DNA of 34,465 nucleotides from Bacteroidota bacterium (GCA_041665225.1 JBAYJG010000002.1:1-34465); one strand, 5' to 3'. Positions 6,759 through 16,063 are shown, numbered from the stretch's first letter. Numbers and translations: made by a program. The notes: generated by a model from the sequence alone, not told the origin.

Positions 6759-9700
6759 ATGAAAACAAGAAACAGTACATCGCTCGCGCGGGGAGTCGGA
6801 TGGATGATATTCCATCATGACGATTCTCGTGCAAGGTCCGGCCGGATACTCGGTCAGGAATCCGGAAGGTTTCCCGGTTCCTGCCCACCATTCGGTAACG
6901 GCAATTCTGCGCATACACATAGCGCAGGAGAACGTGTAGGCAGAGGCTTCAAGTCTCATGTCATCGCACGGCTGTTCTTGTTGCTCAATCGTGATTCTTC
7001 ATTCACATTCTCGAGAGTGTCTCTATGGTTCATCATCATTTTATTAGTAAGCAATGTTGCAATTGCACAGCGATTTAATAACAGAGGACAGATCAACAAT
7101 ACAGGAATCTTACGAATACACGATACAATAGCCGGAGTGCCGGCAACGTTCAACGGAACATTCGAGTTGTTTGGTGCAAATCAGACCCTTTCCGCGGCGC
7201 AATATCAATATGTCCGGCTGCTGGGAACAGGGACAAAAACAACATCGGGCGGGAATTTCTCAGTCCAAAAGAATCTTACGATCGGATCATCAGTGACGCT
7301 GAATATTCTGAAGGGGAACATCGTCACACTAGGTGATTCATTGTTTGAAAACGGCGTCATGAACGGTGCCATCCAGAAAACTGTAAATCTGTCCGGCGGA
7401 ACGACCTCTTCTGATTTCGGACAGATCGGCGCAACGGTCAGCTGGAGTTCGGTCGCACCCGGTACAACGAATATTATCCGCGTATCGGATTCGGTCCAGT
7501 TCGGCAATGGCAATGAATCCATCCGGCGGTATTATGAAGTGCAGCCGACCGATGCAACTGCGGTCGGATCGGTGATGTTCAAATTCAGCGACAGCGAATT
7601 GAATGGACACGACGTGCACAATCTGCAGTTGTGGCGTTCCGTTGATAACGGCGCACACTGGCAGCGGCATATTCCGGTCGTTGATACGTTACTGCGCACA
7701 ATTTCTAAAACGAATGTTCAGATCAAAGGAATATGGACTGCAGGCGATACGGTTCGTGCTATCGGACCGCTCCAAGGCGGAGCCGGTATTCCTGTCTCTA
7801 TTGCATTGGCCGGTGTGCAAACAGTCGATCCCGTGATCCTCACGACGCTCGATACAATAAAAATACGGGTGACGGATATATTCGGTTCGCCGGTTAGCGG
7901 AGTGAGCGTATCATTTACCATCACCACCCGGCCGTCAGTGATCGCCGGAGGAAGCCTGAGCGATACAAATACTGTAACAAACGAGCTTGGTATTGCATCG
8001 ACGGTGTTAACGTTGGGCAGCAAAGTGGGCGAATACCAAATGATCGCAACATCGCCGTCTCTCGATACGGTGAGGATCAATACGATAGCGAAACACGGCG
8101 TACCACAATCGTTGGCGAAGATGACGATCGTGCCGGAAAGCAAACCGATATTAGCGCAATTGGATTCCGCGTTCATCGTAGCGGTTACGGATATCGGCGG
8201 GAATCCGATCGACAGCACATGGGTGAAGTTTACGATCGATTCAATTCCATCGCCATTCGCACTTGACCAAGATTTGAGCGTGGACAGCATGCGTACCAAT
8301 TCACTTGGAATTGCATGGACGGTACTGACATTGGGCGAGAAGGTCGGAACATACGGTGTATCGGCGAAAGTTGACGGTATTCCGGATCCTGTCCGGTTCC
8401 TGGCGACTGCCACCGTTGGTATTGCGGCACAAATTGCAACGATCGGTGCAACAAATATCAACGGAATTGTAGGCACAGCTGTGGATCCTTTACAGGTAAC
8501 CTTGTTCGATATCGGTCAGAACCCGGTGAACAACGATACGGTGCGGTTCAAGATCGTATCCTTCCCACAAGGTTCGGATACGGGCAGTTTGAGCAATTCG
8601 TCCGTAGTGACGGATGCGTTAGGCAAAGCAACATCGATCCTTACGCTGGGAACAAAGGCCGGACCTTATCTCGTCCGTGCGGAAAACACGCACGTCGGAA
8701 CTCCGGCGACATTCACGGTGAATGCACATGCTGCAGCTCCGTCCTCTCTGGCACAGCTTTCGGGTAACGGCCAAATAATGCCTATCAACAGCATACTTGC
8801 GAATGACTTTGTGGTAGAGGTCCGCGACATGTATGGCAATACGGTAGACAGCGCAATAGTAGTCTTCACCATTGATTCTCTGACGGCGAATGGTGCAGGA
8901 GCGGATCTGAGTGTGGACACCATGCTGAGCAAAGCGAATGGGCAGGCATCTACACGACTGTCGTTGGGATATAAAACCGGATCGTATAAGGTCAATGCAG
9001 CTGTTAATGGTATTCCGGCGCAAATATTTACCGCGACGGCATCGGTCGGCACTGCTGCTGCAATGGTGAGTGTCTCCGGCAACGGTCAATCCGCAACGAT
9101 CATATCGGCTCTGCAGAACGAATTCGTCCTGCGGATTAATGATATGGGCGGAAACGGTGTTCCGAACGTACCAGTGCAGTTTGCGTTTGATACTGTTCCG
9201 GCGAATGCCACCGGTCAGCAGCTGAGTGTAACCTCGGTTTCGACCTCTGCCGACGGCACAGTTCGGACACTGCTGACACTTGGTAACAAGGTTGGCACAT
9301 ACAGGATCAGAGCGACCAGTACCGGTTTACGGGATACCTTCTTTACGGCGTCCGCTATGCATGGTGCGGCAGTTGCAATGATCGCCACAGCAGGACAGGA
9401 TCAGATCAAGCCGATCCTCTCATCACTTGATATTCCATTCACCCTGCGTGTGCTTGATATCGGCGACAATGCCGTTCCGGTGCAGAACATTCAGTTCGCT
9501 ATAACGGAGAAACCTGCGGGCGATACCAGCGCTGTTCTGAGTAGCACCGGCGGAAATACCGATTCTACGGGAACCTCAGTTACAACACTGACACTTGGCA
9601 GCAAGGTTGGAACCTATACCGTAAAGGCAATCATTCCGACGGCGACACCGGTCGTGAAAGGTAAGAACCGGAAGAACATGACAGCGGATGTGGCAGGGAC

Positions 9701-10997
9701 GGCAGCGCTGGAGGCAACATTTACCGCGCTGGCAACCAACGGTACTGCGACTGTGCTAGCACAACTCTTCGGAGATCGTCAGGTCAATCCGACGGAAACG
9801 GAATTGGATACTGCCTTTGTCGTCTCCGTCCGCGACCGCGGCGACAACGCGGTTCCGAACGATACAGTCCGCTTCCGCATAGCATCCGCCCCTGCGAATG
9901 CATTGCAGCAAGCGCTGCGTGATACGGTTGTCGTAACCAATTCGAACGGTATTGCCTCGACCTATCTGCGGATGGGAACAAGGGCAGGCACATACACTGT
10001 TGAAGCAGCTGTCAACAATGTTCCTGCGGCACTCTTTGCAGCTAATGCGTACTTTATCTACGGCGATCTGAACAAGGATATTGCGATTAACGTTGCCGAT
10101 ATTACATCGCTCGTTGATTTCCTCAATACAAAGATCACGTTGACGGCATCGGATTCGATCAAAGCGGATTTCAATCATGACAACGTGATTGATACTTCTG
10201 ATGTCGGCTACATTCGCGACAATATTCTGGATCGCTCGTTGTATGCGAATACGCTCCAGCCGGTCATCTTTACTGACGGCGGCGATCATTCCGGATACAC
10301 AAAACCGATCGTCAAGACAAAGAAGGGTTCCTTCACACAGGCGACCTCGGTCTTTGAAGCGACGAAGTACGGATTACGCTTCAACGTTGATAACTCTATA
10401 CCGATCCGCGGCGTCGAGTTGCGGTTGATACTGAAGGATTCCGGAGCGGCAATCGACAAGATCAACATGCTGATGAAACGCGCCGAGACGATGAATGTAT
10501 TCGTCTCAACGAAGGACCACGAAGTGCGGGTGGTGGCATACAACCTGTCCAATATTGAGATCCAGCCGGGTAACGGTTCATTGTTCCGTCTGCCGTCGAT
10601 TACGTCGCTGGAGATGATCGATTCAACTGAAGTGGTCTTTGCGCTGCAATCGAACTCCTCCGTCTCATCCGATGTTGTGAAGGTGACGGCACCGGCTAAC
10701 GCATATCCGGTAACGTTCCGTCTGTCACAGAACTACCCGAATCCGTTTAACGGTTCGACTACCATCGAATATGATATTCCGGACGGCACGCTGCCGACAA
10801 AGACCGTGATACAAGTATTCAACGTTCTTGGACAACGGATCAAAACACTTGTGTCCGAAGAACATGATCCGGGACGGTATTCCGTTCGGTGGGATGGAAC
10901 GGACCAAAACGGTCAGCTTGTTTCGTCCGGCGTATATTTCTATCGACTTATTTCAAAATCACACGTAGGATCAAGGAAGATGCTCTATGTTAAATAA
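6759..10997 (+). CDS. Multidomain T9SS-sorted surface protein: N-terminal extension, signal-anchor-like segment, beta-helix-like region, 7 Ig-like (Big/invasin-type) repeats, dockerin-like double EF-loop, unassigned beta-rich region, T9SS C-terminal domain
   Basis: The frame is open from 6714, and ATG 6759 (MKTRN...) is the first ATG. The only signal-peptide-like segment (VSLWFIIILLVSNVAIAQ) lies at 7017-7070, so a GTG 7017 or TTG 6978/6981 start cannot be excluded. The dockerin-like segment is GDLNKDIAINVADITSLVDFL...ADFNHDNVIDTSDVGYIRDNIL (~10062-10232). The T9SS CTD is QNYPNPFNGSTTIEYDIP...SGVYFYRL (~10713-10994). Confidence 0.85.
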   Translation: MKTRNSTSLARGVGWMIFHHDDSRARSGRILGQESGRFPGSCPPFGNGNSAHTHSAGERVGRGFKSHVIARLFLLLNRDSSFTFSRVSLWFIIILLVSNVAIAQRFNNRGQINNTGILRIHDTIAGVPATFNGTFELFGANQTLSAAQYQYVRLLGTGTKTTSGGNFSVQKNLTIGSSVTLNILKGNIVTLGDSLFENGVMNGAIQKTVNLSGGTTSSDFGQIGATVSWSSVAPGTTNIIRVSDSVQFGNGNESIRRYYEVQPTDATAVGSVMFKFSDSELNGHDVHNLQLWRSVDNGAHWQRHIPVVDTLLRTISKTNVQIKGIWTAGDTVRAIGPLQGGAGIPVSIALAGVQTVDPVILTTLDTIKIRVTDIFGSPVSGVSVSFTITTRPSVIAGGSLSDTNTVTNELGIASTVLTLGSKVGEYQMIATSPSLDTVRINTIAKHGVPQSLAKMTIVPESKPILAQLDSAFIVAVTDIGGNPIDSTWVKFTIDSIPSPFALDQDLSVDSMRTNSLGIAWTVLTLGEKVGTYGVSAKVDGIPDPVRFLATATVGIAAQIATIGATNINGIVGTAVDPLQVTLFDIGQNPVNNDTVRFKIVSFPQGSDTGSLSNSSVVTDALGKATSILTLGTKAGPYLVRAENTHVGTPATFTVNAHAAAPSSLAQLSGNGQIMPINSILANDFVVEVRDMYGNTVDSAIVVFTIDSLTANGAGADLSVDTMLSKANGQASTRLSLGYKTGSYKVNAAVNGIPAQIFTATASVGTAAAMVSVSGNGQSATIISALQNEFVLRINDMGGNGVPNVPVQFAFDTVPANATGQQLSVTSVSTSADGTVRTLLTLGNKVGTYRIRATSTGLRDTFFTASAMHGAAVAMIATAGQDQIKPILSSLDIPFTLRVLDIGDNAVPVQNIQFAITEKPAGDTSAVLSSTGGNTDSTGTSVTTLTLGSKVGTYTVKAIIPTATPVVKGKNRKNMTADVAGTAALEATFTALATNGTATVLAQLFGDRQVNPTETELDTAFVVSVRDRGDNAVPNDTVRFRIASAPANALQQALRDTVVVTNSNGIASTYLRMGTRAGTYTVEAAVNNVPAALFAANAYFIYGDLNKDIAINVADITSLVDFLNTKITLTASDSIKADFNHDNVIDTSDVGYIRDNILDRSLYANTLQPVIFTDGGDHSGYTKPIVKTKKGSFTQATSVFEATKYGLRFNVDNSIPIRGVELRLILKDSGAAIDKINMLMKRAETMNVFVSTKDHEVRVVAYNLSNIEIQPGNGSLFRLPSITSLEMIDSTEVVFALQSNSSVSSDVVKVTAPANAYPVTFRLSQNYPNPFNGSTTIEYDIPDGTLPTKTVIQVFNVLGQRIKTLVSEEHDPGRYSVRWDGTDQNGQLVSSGVYFYRLISKSHVGSRKMLYVK
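7786..10050 (+). repeat. Seven tandem ~105-aa Ig-like (Big_1/invasin-type) domain repeats
   Basis: There are seven recurrences of the core (F/L).(V/L).(V/L).D(I/M)(G/Y)(G/D)N.V.....V.F.I followed by ...(S/T)(D/N).(G/L)G.A(S/T)..L(T/S)LG.K.G.Y.V.A. Confidence 0.75.
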
Positions 10998-11745
10998 TCG
11001 GATCAGATATATTACGGCAAACGTACTGCTCGTCTCACTGACATTTTGTTTCGGCTGCTCGGGATCAATAGGGAGCGGAAAAAAGGAAACACGGTATATC
11101 TATACCTACACCCTCATTCAACCAACTGCGAACGAACAGTTGTTGTTCAAGGATGACTATATCACTATCCAGTTCAAGTTGGATGAATCTGCCGTGAAGT
11201 TTCAATTGCAAAATATTTCTGAATTACCGATCTCGATCGTATGGGAGAATGTCGCGATAGGATTGAATAATCGTGTGTATCCTGTAAAGAATACCACCAC
11301 GCTGTATCAAACGGATATGGTGCATCCCTTGCCGGTGATGATACCGTCGCTGGGATACATCCGCGATCTGGTAATTCCGCGGGATTACATCTCCATCGAC
11401 AAGAATGAATGGGTTGAACGGGATCTGTTCCCGACAAATGATTTGGGATCGCCGTCACGAAAAAATCTGATCTTAAAATATGTTGGCAGTCAGATAAAAT
11501 TATTACTCCCGTTGAAGATCGGGGAAGTCGTTCAGGATTATACTTTCATTTTCAAAGTGAAGAGCGTTGCGGCTGTTCCAGAGGGGAAACTGCCTCCGGT
11601 CAAGGAACGTCCGACCCCTCCACAAGTAGCAGCAATGAGCGGGCAAACATCGCAATCGATACTGCCGATCTTAATCGCGGGGGGGATTCTGGCGGTGGCG
11701 ATCTATGCGTTTTCCAAGGAAAAAGCGACACCAATTAATTTTTAA
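10987..11745 (+). CDS. Hypothetical lipoprotein with C-terminal transmembrane helix, translationally coupled to the upstream surface protein
   Basis: ATG 10987 overlaps the upstream stop (10995-10997) by 11 nt, and AAGGAAG (10973-10979) sits 7 nt upstream. The N-terminus LLVSLTFCFGCSG is lipobox-like. A C-terminal hydrophobic helix (ILPILIAGGILAVAIYAF) is present. No family recognised. Confidence 0.7.
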   Translation: MLNNRIRYITANVLLVSLTFCFGCSGSIGSGKKETRYIYTYTLIQPTANEQLLFKDDYITIQFKLDESAVKFQLQNISELPISIVWENVAIGLNNRVYPVKNTTTLYQTDMVHPLPVMIPSLGYIRDLVIPRDYISIDKNEWVERDLFPTNDLGSPSRKNLILKYVGSQIKLLLPLKIGEVVQDYTFIFKVKSVAAVPEGKLPPVKERPTPPQVAAMSGQTSQSILPILIAGGILAVAIYAFSKEKATPINF

Positions 11746-11833
11746 GAGCAAAGTATCTGAATTATAAAAATCTAACTATCTTTTTCCTTGCATATCTAGT
11801 ATCTTTGCAGTGAAATATAGGGGGATAAAAGCC

Positions 11834-12115
11834 ATGAAAAAAATATTGATATCATTGATCGCAACGCTAGTAATTATCGGTTGTTCCAATCAACCAGTTG
11901 CAATGAAATTGGACAGGAAATATTTTGCTCCCGCCCGGCAAACAACAATGGCTAAATCCTCTACAAGCAGTACCACAAAAGTAAAATCGTTGACGGCAGC
12001 ACAGAAAAAGATCAACGAAAAGGATACAATGATTGAGCTTCTGCGGAAAGAGAATAAAGAATTGCGTGAACGGATCCAGCGATTAGAGAAGAAGCTCCAG
12101 ATACAGAACTCGTAA
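11834..12115 (+). CDS. Small lipoprotein with C-terminal coiled-coil segment
   Basis: The ATG at 11834 (MKKILISLIATLVIIGCSN has a lipobox IIGC) is preferred over the GTG at 11810. The C-terminus is heptad-like (ELLRKENKELRERIQRLEKKLQ). A strong terminator follows. Confidence 0.65.
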   Translation: MKKILISLIATLVIIGCSNQPVAMKLDRKYFAPARQTTMAKSSTSSTTKVKSLTAAQKKINEKDTMIELLRKENKELRERIQRLEKKLQIQNS

Positions 12116-12140
12116 GTCGGTTATTACAACACACTGTAGA

Positions 12141-12177
12141 CATCCCCGTGGAATTCCCGACGGGGATGTTTTATTTT
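12141..12177 (+). terminator. Rho-independent terminator
   Basis: A 9-bp perfect stem (CATCCCCGT 12141-12149 / ACGGGGATG 12160-12168) with a 10-nt loop is followed by TTTTATTTT. Confidence 0.85.
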
Positions 12178-12300
12178 AAAGGAGTATGTTGTCCTGCCAA
12201 GAGATATCAATATTCGAATGTTGCTATTCCTTTTGGTTAATTTTACTTTACGAGCAGTTGTTTTTGTTTTCACCATTCCAAATATTCATTTTAGATAATT

Positions 12301-13410
12301 ATGAATCACATACGTTTATCACTGTTCAGTGTAATCACTGTCATCTTCTTTTTTTGCCTTCCATCAATGTCGATGGCGCAAAATTATCAACTTGTCTGGT
12401 CCGATGAGTTTGACAGTACACAAATCAATACCAATGAATGGGTATATGAAGTGAACGGCAACGGCGGCGGGAATAATGAACTGCAGTATTATACTGCCCG
12501 GTCTCAAAACAGTTCAATGAAGGATGGTACATTTAAAATTACGGCGCTGAAAGAGACCTACTTAGGAAAAGCATACACCTCTGCGCGGCTGCATACAAAA
12601 AAATCTTGGCAGTACGGAAAGATCGAAGCCCGCATTCGATTGCCGTACGGAAAAGGAATCTGGCCGGCGTTCTGGATGCTTGGATCAAGCCTCAGCTCTG
12701 TCGGTTGGCCGAAATGCGGTGAGATTGATATCATGGAAATGATCGGAGGGATACCCACCGGCAGCGGAGGAGACAATAGGGTTTTCGGTACGGCACATTG
12801 GGATCAAGGTGGCCATGCCAGTTACGGTCAAAGCTATGTCATTGCCTCGGGTAAACTTTCCGATGCATTTCACACTTTTTCAATCGTCTGGGATGCGAAA
12901 AAAATTATCTGGGGGATCGATAATTCGCAATATTGTGTCATCAACACCCAACCAGTTGCATTAAATGCATTCCGCGCGCCATTTTTCATCATCATTAATC
13001 TCGCTGTCGGAGGGAATTGGCCCGGATCACCTGATGCGACAACGGTTTTTCCGCAGACGATGGAATTCGATTACATCCGCGTGTATCAGGATATGGTAAC
13101 GGAAGTCACAGATCAATCGCTGAAGCCGAATGATTTTCAACTTCTGCAAAATTATCCCAATCCTTTTAATCCGTCAACAACCATTTGCTACGGTTTGCCA
13201 TCGTCGAGTCGTGTTTCGGTGACGATACACAATGTGTTGGGACAAGCAGTGGAACAATATCACTACGGAGTACAATCAGCAGGTTGGCATGAAACTGTTT
13301 GGAATACGGCAAATGCTTCAGGATTATATTTTTACAGGATTGACGCACAGAGTATAACAGATCCACAACAACACTTCACGCAAACAAAAAGCATGATGCT
13401 TGTACAATGA
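12301..13410 (+). CDS. GH16 family beta-glucanase (laminarinase/lichenase-like) with T9SS C-terminal sorting domain
   Basis: Signal peptide is present. The GH16 catalytic motif E-I-D-I-M-E occurs in GEIDIMEMIG, with WPAFWMLG upstream. The C-terminus LLQNYPNPFNPSTTICYGLP...GLYFYRI is a T9SS CTD (~13138-13407). Confidence 0.88.
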   Translation: MNHIRLSLFSVITVIFFFCLPSMSMAQNYQLVWSDEFDSTQINTNEWVYEVNGNGGGNNELQYYTARSQNSSMKDGTFKITALKETYLGKAYTSARLHTKKSWQYGKIEARIRLPYGKGIWPAFWMLGSSLSSVGWPKCGEIDIMEMIGGIPTGSGGDNRVFGTAHWDQGGHASYGQSYVIASGKLSDAFHTFSIVWDAKKIIWGIDNSQYCVINTQPVALNAFRAPFFIIINLAVGGNWPGSPDATTVFPQTMEFDYIRVYQDMVTEVTDQSLKPNDFQLLQNYPNPFNPSTTICYGLPSSSRVSVTIHNVLGQAVEQYHYGVQSAGWHETVWNTANASGLYFYRIDAQSITDPQQHFTQTKSMMLVQ

Positions 13411-13913
13411 AAACTTTCCATTGCATGAGATTAAACGCATTCACCGATCCATGATTTTGCACCCCGAAAATTACGGTGATGCATCGAACACCTCGCATTA
13501 TTCACTACAAATTCTTGCCTCTTTTTTCAAACATCTTATGTTTCCTCTTGATAACAGATAGTCTACTCCGTTTTTGACCGTTATTGTTGTTTATTGCACA
13601 TTGAAATTATTGCAGTTCTGTAAACCCTTCGGTACCTTTTGCCAATATGTGTATGGATTTTAACAAATTGTTCTGTACATAATCCCTCCATCAAATAATT
13701 TTCAGAAAAAAAGTTTTTTTACGACGGATCTATTAATTTTCAAGATTTCGAAATATAGTCGCTGAATATTTCAATACCAGGATTGATACCACATTCTACT
13801 TTCATAAATACTCATAGAGTGGAATTCACAAACATAGAATGATAACGCTCATTCAATGGGTTGGATGATGCCACAAGGGATGCATTGGCTAAATGGGAAA
13901 GGAGCAGTATCGA

Positions 13914-14327
13914 ATGGCCAAAAAACGTAACGATCTGTACTTTAAAATATTACCATTCATAGCTTTCTCAACAGCTGTTTTAATGACAATCTTTGAAACA
14001 GCAAAACAATTCATTCATGCAGATATCACTATTTGGGAATCACACATTGCTACCATCCTATTTACGATGATTGTTTCAGTCGTGTTGACGTATAGTGCAT
14101 TGCAGCGGCATCATTCGGTCCTTCGGGTCTTAAGCGGTTTTATTTCGATGTGTGCATGGTGTAAAAAAATCCGCGATGAGAATGGGGCTTGGGTCACGTT
14201 TGACGTTTATGTGGGCAAACATTCCACTGCAGAATTTTCACACGGAATTTGTCCCGACTGTGAAGTACGTTTTAAGAAAAAAAGTCAAGAGTACCGTGAT
14301 GCCCATGGGGTTGCCGATCAAAGCTGA
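13914..14327 (+). CDS. Two-TM membrane protein with C-terminal CxxC...HGICPxC zinc-ribbon-like motif
   Basis: AAAGGAG (13898-13904) lies 9 nt before ATG 13914, and the ORF is also open from ATG 13893. There are two hydrophobic helices. The motif is CAWCKKIRDENGAWVTFDVYVGKHSTAEFSHGICPDCEVRF, which I recall as the C-terminal cap of many PAS/sensor proteins. Confidence 0.7.
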   Translation: MAKKRNDLYFKILPFIAFSTAVLMTIFETAKQFIHADITIWESHIATILFTMIVSVVLTYSALQRHHSVLRVLSGFISMCAWCKKIRDENGAWVTFDVYVGKHSTAEFSHGICPDCEVRFKKKSQEYRDAHGVADQS

Positions 14328-14390
14328 ATGAAACATGTTTGACAAAGCGAACAACAAAAAGCAGACGATGATCATCACCAGGAGGGGAAA

Positions 14391-15254
14391 ATGAAAATTA
14401 TCGTTTGGGGTTGCAGAGGATCTATTACGTCGCCGGGCCCGACCACAATTCGTTATGGCGGAGAATCTACTTGTATCGAGGTAATTACTGATGATGGTCG
14501 CGAAACCATTATTGATGCCGGTTCCGGTATACGGAAATTAGGTCAGAAAATAGTACACGATCGGTTGATTTCGACAATCAACCTTCTTTTTACCCATTCC
14601 CATTGGGATCATCTTGCGGGATTTCCATTCTTCCAACCTGCCTATCGCCCTGACTTCTCTTTTTCGCTCTGCGGCGGAGGTGAACCTCAACGGTCGGTCT
14701 TAAATTATCTGGCACATCAAATGGACCCGCCGTATTTTCCCGTGAATTTTAATGAACTTAAAGCGAAATTTTCATCGGGATGCTGCTGCAATAAGGCAGA
14801 ATGCAATCACAGTTTTCAGTATGCCGATCGTTCAACGTCCTGTTCGGCAATTCCTTTGAATCATCCGAATGGCGGTTACGGATTTAAACTTACAGGGAAA
14901 ACCGGATCATTTGTATTCCTGCCGGACAATGAAATACAATATTCACACAAGGGAGGGCTTTCGCGGGATGAATATGTAGAGTTTTGCAGGAACACGACGT
15001 TGTTATTTCATGACGCCCAATATCTTGATTCGGAATATGAAACAACACGCGGCTGGGGTCATTCCACTATCAAGGATGCAGTTGATCTGGCGCTGGATGC
15101 AGGAGTGCGGCAGCTTGGACTATTCCATCACGATCCGGACAGGACGGATGATGAATTGGATGCACTTGTCGATTGGTGTCGGCAATATATTAAAAGCCAA
15201 AACAGATCGTTGGAGTGTTTTGCCTGCGCCGAAGGAATGGAATTAATAGTGTAA
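14391..15254 (+). CDS. MBL-fold metallo-hydrolase
   Basis: AGGAGG lies 6 nt upstream of the ATG. The HxHxDH motif is in LFTHSHWDHLAGFPFF, with downstream H/D ligands (GHST, FHHDPD). Confidence 0.85.
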   Translation: MKIIVWGCRGSITSPGPTTIRYGGESTCIEVITDDGRETIIDAGSGIRKLGQKIVHDRLISTINLLFTHSHWDHLAGFPFFQPAYRPDFSFSLCGGGEPQRSVLNYLAHQMDPPYFPVNFNELKAKFSSGCCCNKAECNHSFQYADRSTSCSAIPLNHPNGGYGFKLTGKTGSFVFLPDNEIQYSHKGGLSRDEYVEFCRNTTLLFHDAQYLDSEYETTRGWGHSTIKDAVDLALDAGVRQLGLFHHDPDRTDDELDALVDWCRQYIKSQNRSLECFACAEGMELIV

Positions 15255-15511
15255 GTGTGAAATAAATCGCTTTGTAGGGTACTTTATCAAGGTGTCCTAC
15301 AAAAACGAATTGTGCAAATTCCATTTTTCCCCTCTGAAATTTTCTTGTTGTTTCGAAGTACTCTCAAAATTCGAATAATTATTATTCAGATAAATGCATC
15401 CGATTGGCATCGCTCATAGGGAAAATGAACAATTCGATTATTGATGTTCTCTTCATCATTGCCTACTTTTTGATATCGTCCTATCAGACATTCCACAATT
15501 GCGAGGCGCGT

Positions 15512-16063
15512 ATGTCCACCGCACACCAAACATCTCTCTCCGCTCAACCGGCATTCTCGTCCTATTACGGCCTACATGCGGTCTATGTACAATCTGCATT
15601 CATTGCATCGGCTGTGCTGTTACCGATTGCAGCCCACCTGCTCGGTGCGCCGGTCCGGGTGCTTCTTCCGATGCATTGGCCCGTACTGTTGGCCGGCATG
15701 GTCTATGGATGGAAAGCCGGAGCAATGACGGGTGCATTAGCGCCGTTGATCAGTTATCTGGTGTCGGGATATCCGATGCCGAACATTCTACCGTCGATGA
15801 CGTTTGAACTGTTCACGTATGGTTTCGTCGTTGGCGTGCTCCGTCAGCGGTTCAATGTGAATGCATTTGTTTCAACGACAATCGCAATATTTGCAGGAAG
15901 GATCATGTTTGTGCTCCTGGTACTAGTTACTGCGCGGGCATCGATAACGAATGTGGAATATTTCCGCAGTGCTCTGGTGCCTGGCATCATTCCGGCAATG
16001 CTGCAAATCATTATTCTTCCATTCATCGCGCAGTGGCTGATAAAAAAATATGATACCCAGTAA
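15512..16063 (+). CDS. ECF-transporter S-component-like integral membrane protein
   Basis: About six hydrophobic helices. The LPMHWPVLLAGMVYGWKAGAMTGALAPLISYLVSGYP pattern resembles ECF substrate-capture (S) components. The start is uncertain: TTG 15404 or ATG 15425 would add one more helix. No EcfA/T genes are nearby. Confidence 0.5.
   Translation: MSTAHQTSLSAQPAFSSYYGLHAVYVQSAFIASAVLLPIAAHLLGAPVRVLLPMHWPVLLAGMVYGWKAGAMTGALAPLISYLVSGYPMPNILPSMTFELFTYGFVVGVLRQRFNVNAFVSTTIAIFAGRIMFVLLVLVTARASITNVEYFRSALVPGIIPAMLQIIILPFIAQWLIKKYDTQ

Noticed and set aside
6835-6885. CTCGGTCAGGAATCCGG resembles part of the guanidine-III riboswitch core (CCCGGUCAGGACAAGACGG).
   Set aside because: Only about 9 nt match, the pseudoknot partners are absent, and the downstream gene is an adhesin rather than a guanidine exporter or carboxylase.
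7718-8476. 252-aa minus-strand ORF, and similar ORFs at 8619-9089 and 9756-10289, inside the Ig-repeat adhesin gene.
   Set aside because: These are antisense shadows of the Big-repeat coding region, with no independent start signals or motifs.
11788-11807. TATCTTTG (11800-11807) matches the Bacteroidetes -7 promoter motif TAnnTTTG upstream of the small lipoprotein gene.
   Set aside because: The nearest upstream TTG (11788-11790) is only 9 nt away, far shorter than the usual -33/-7 spacing. The promoter type used by this organism is also unknown.
12186-12407. 73-aa ORF upstream of and overlapping the GH16 start.
   Set aside because: It starts inside the terminator tail, is hydrophobic and low-complexity, and overlaps the GH16 signal-peptide region in another frame.
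15272-15302. TTGTAGG...CCTACAA hairpin after the MBL hydrolase gene as a terminator.
   Set aside because: The stem is AU-rich and imperfect, and it is followed by an A run rather than a U run on the + strand. It is not convincing as a terminator.
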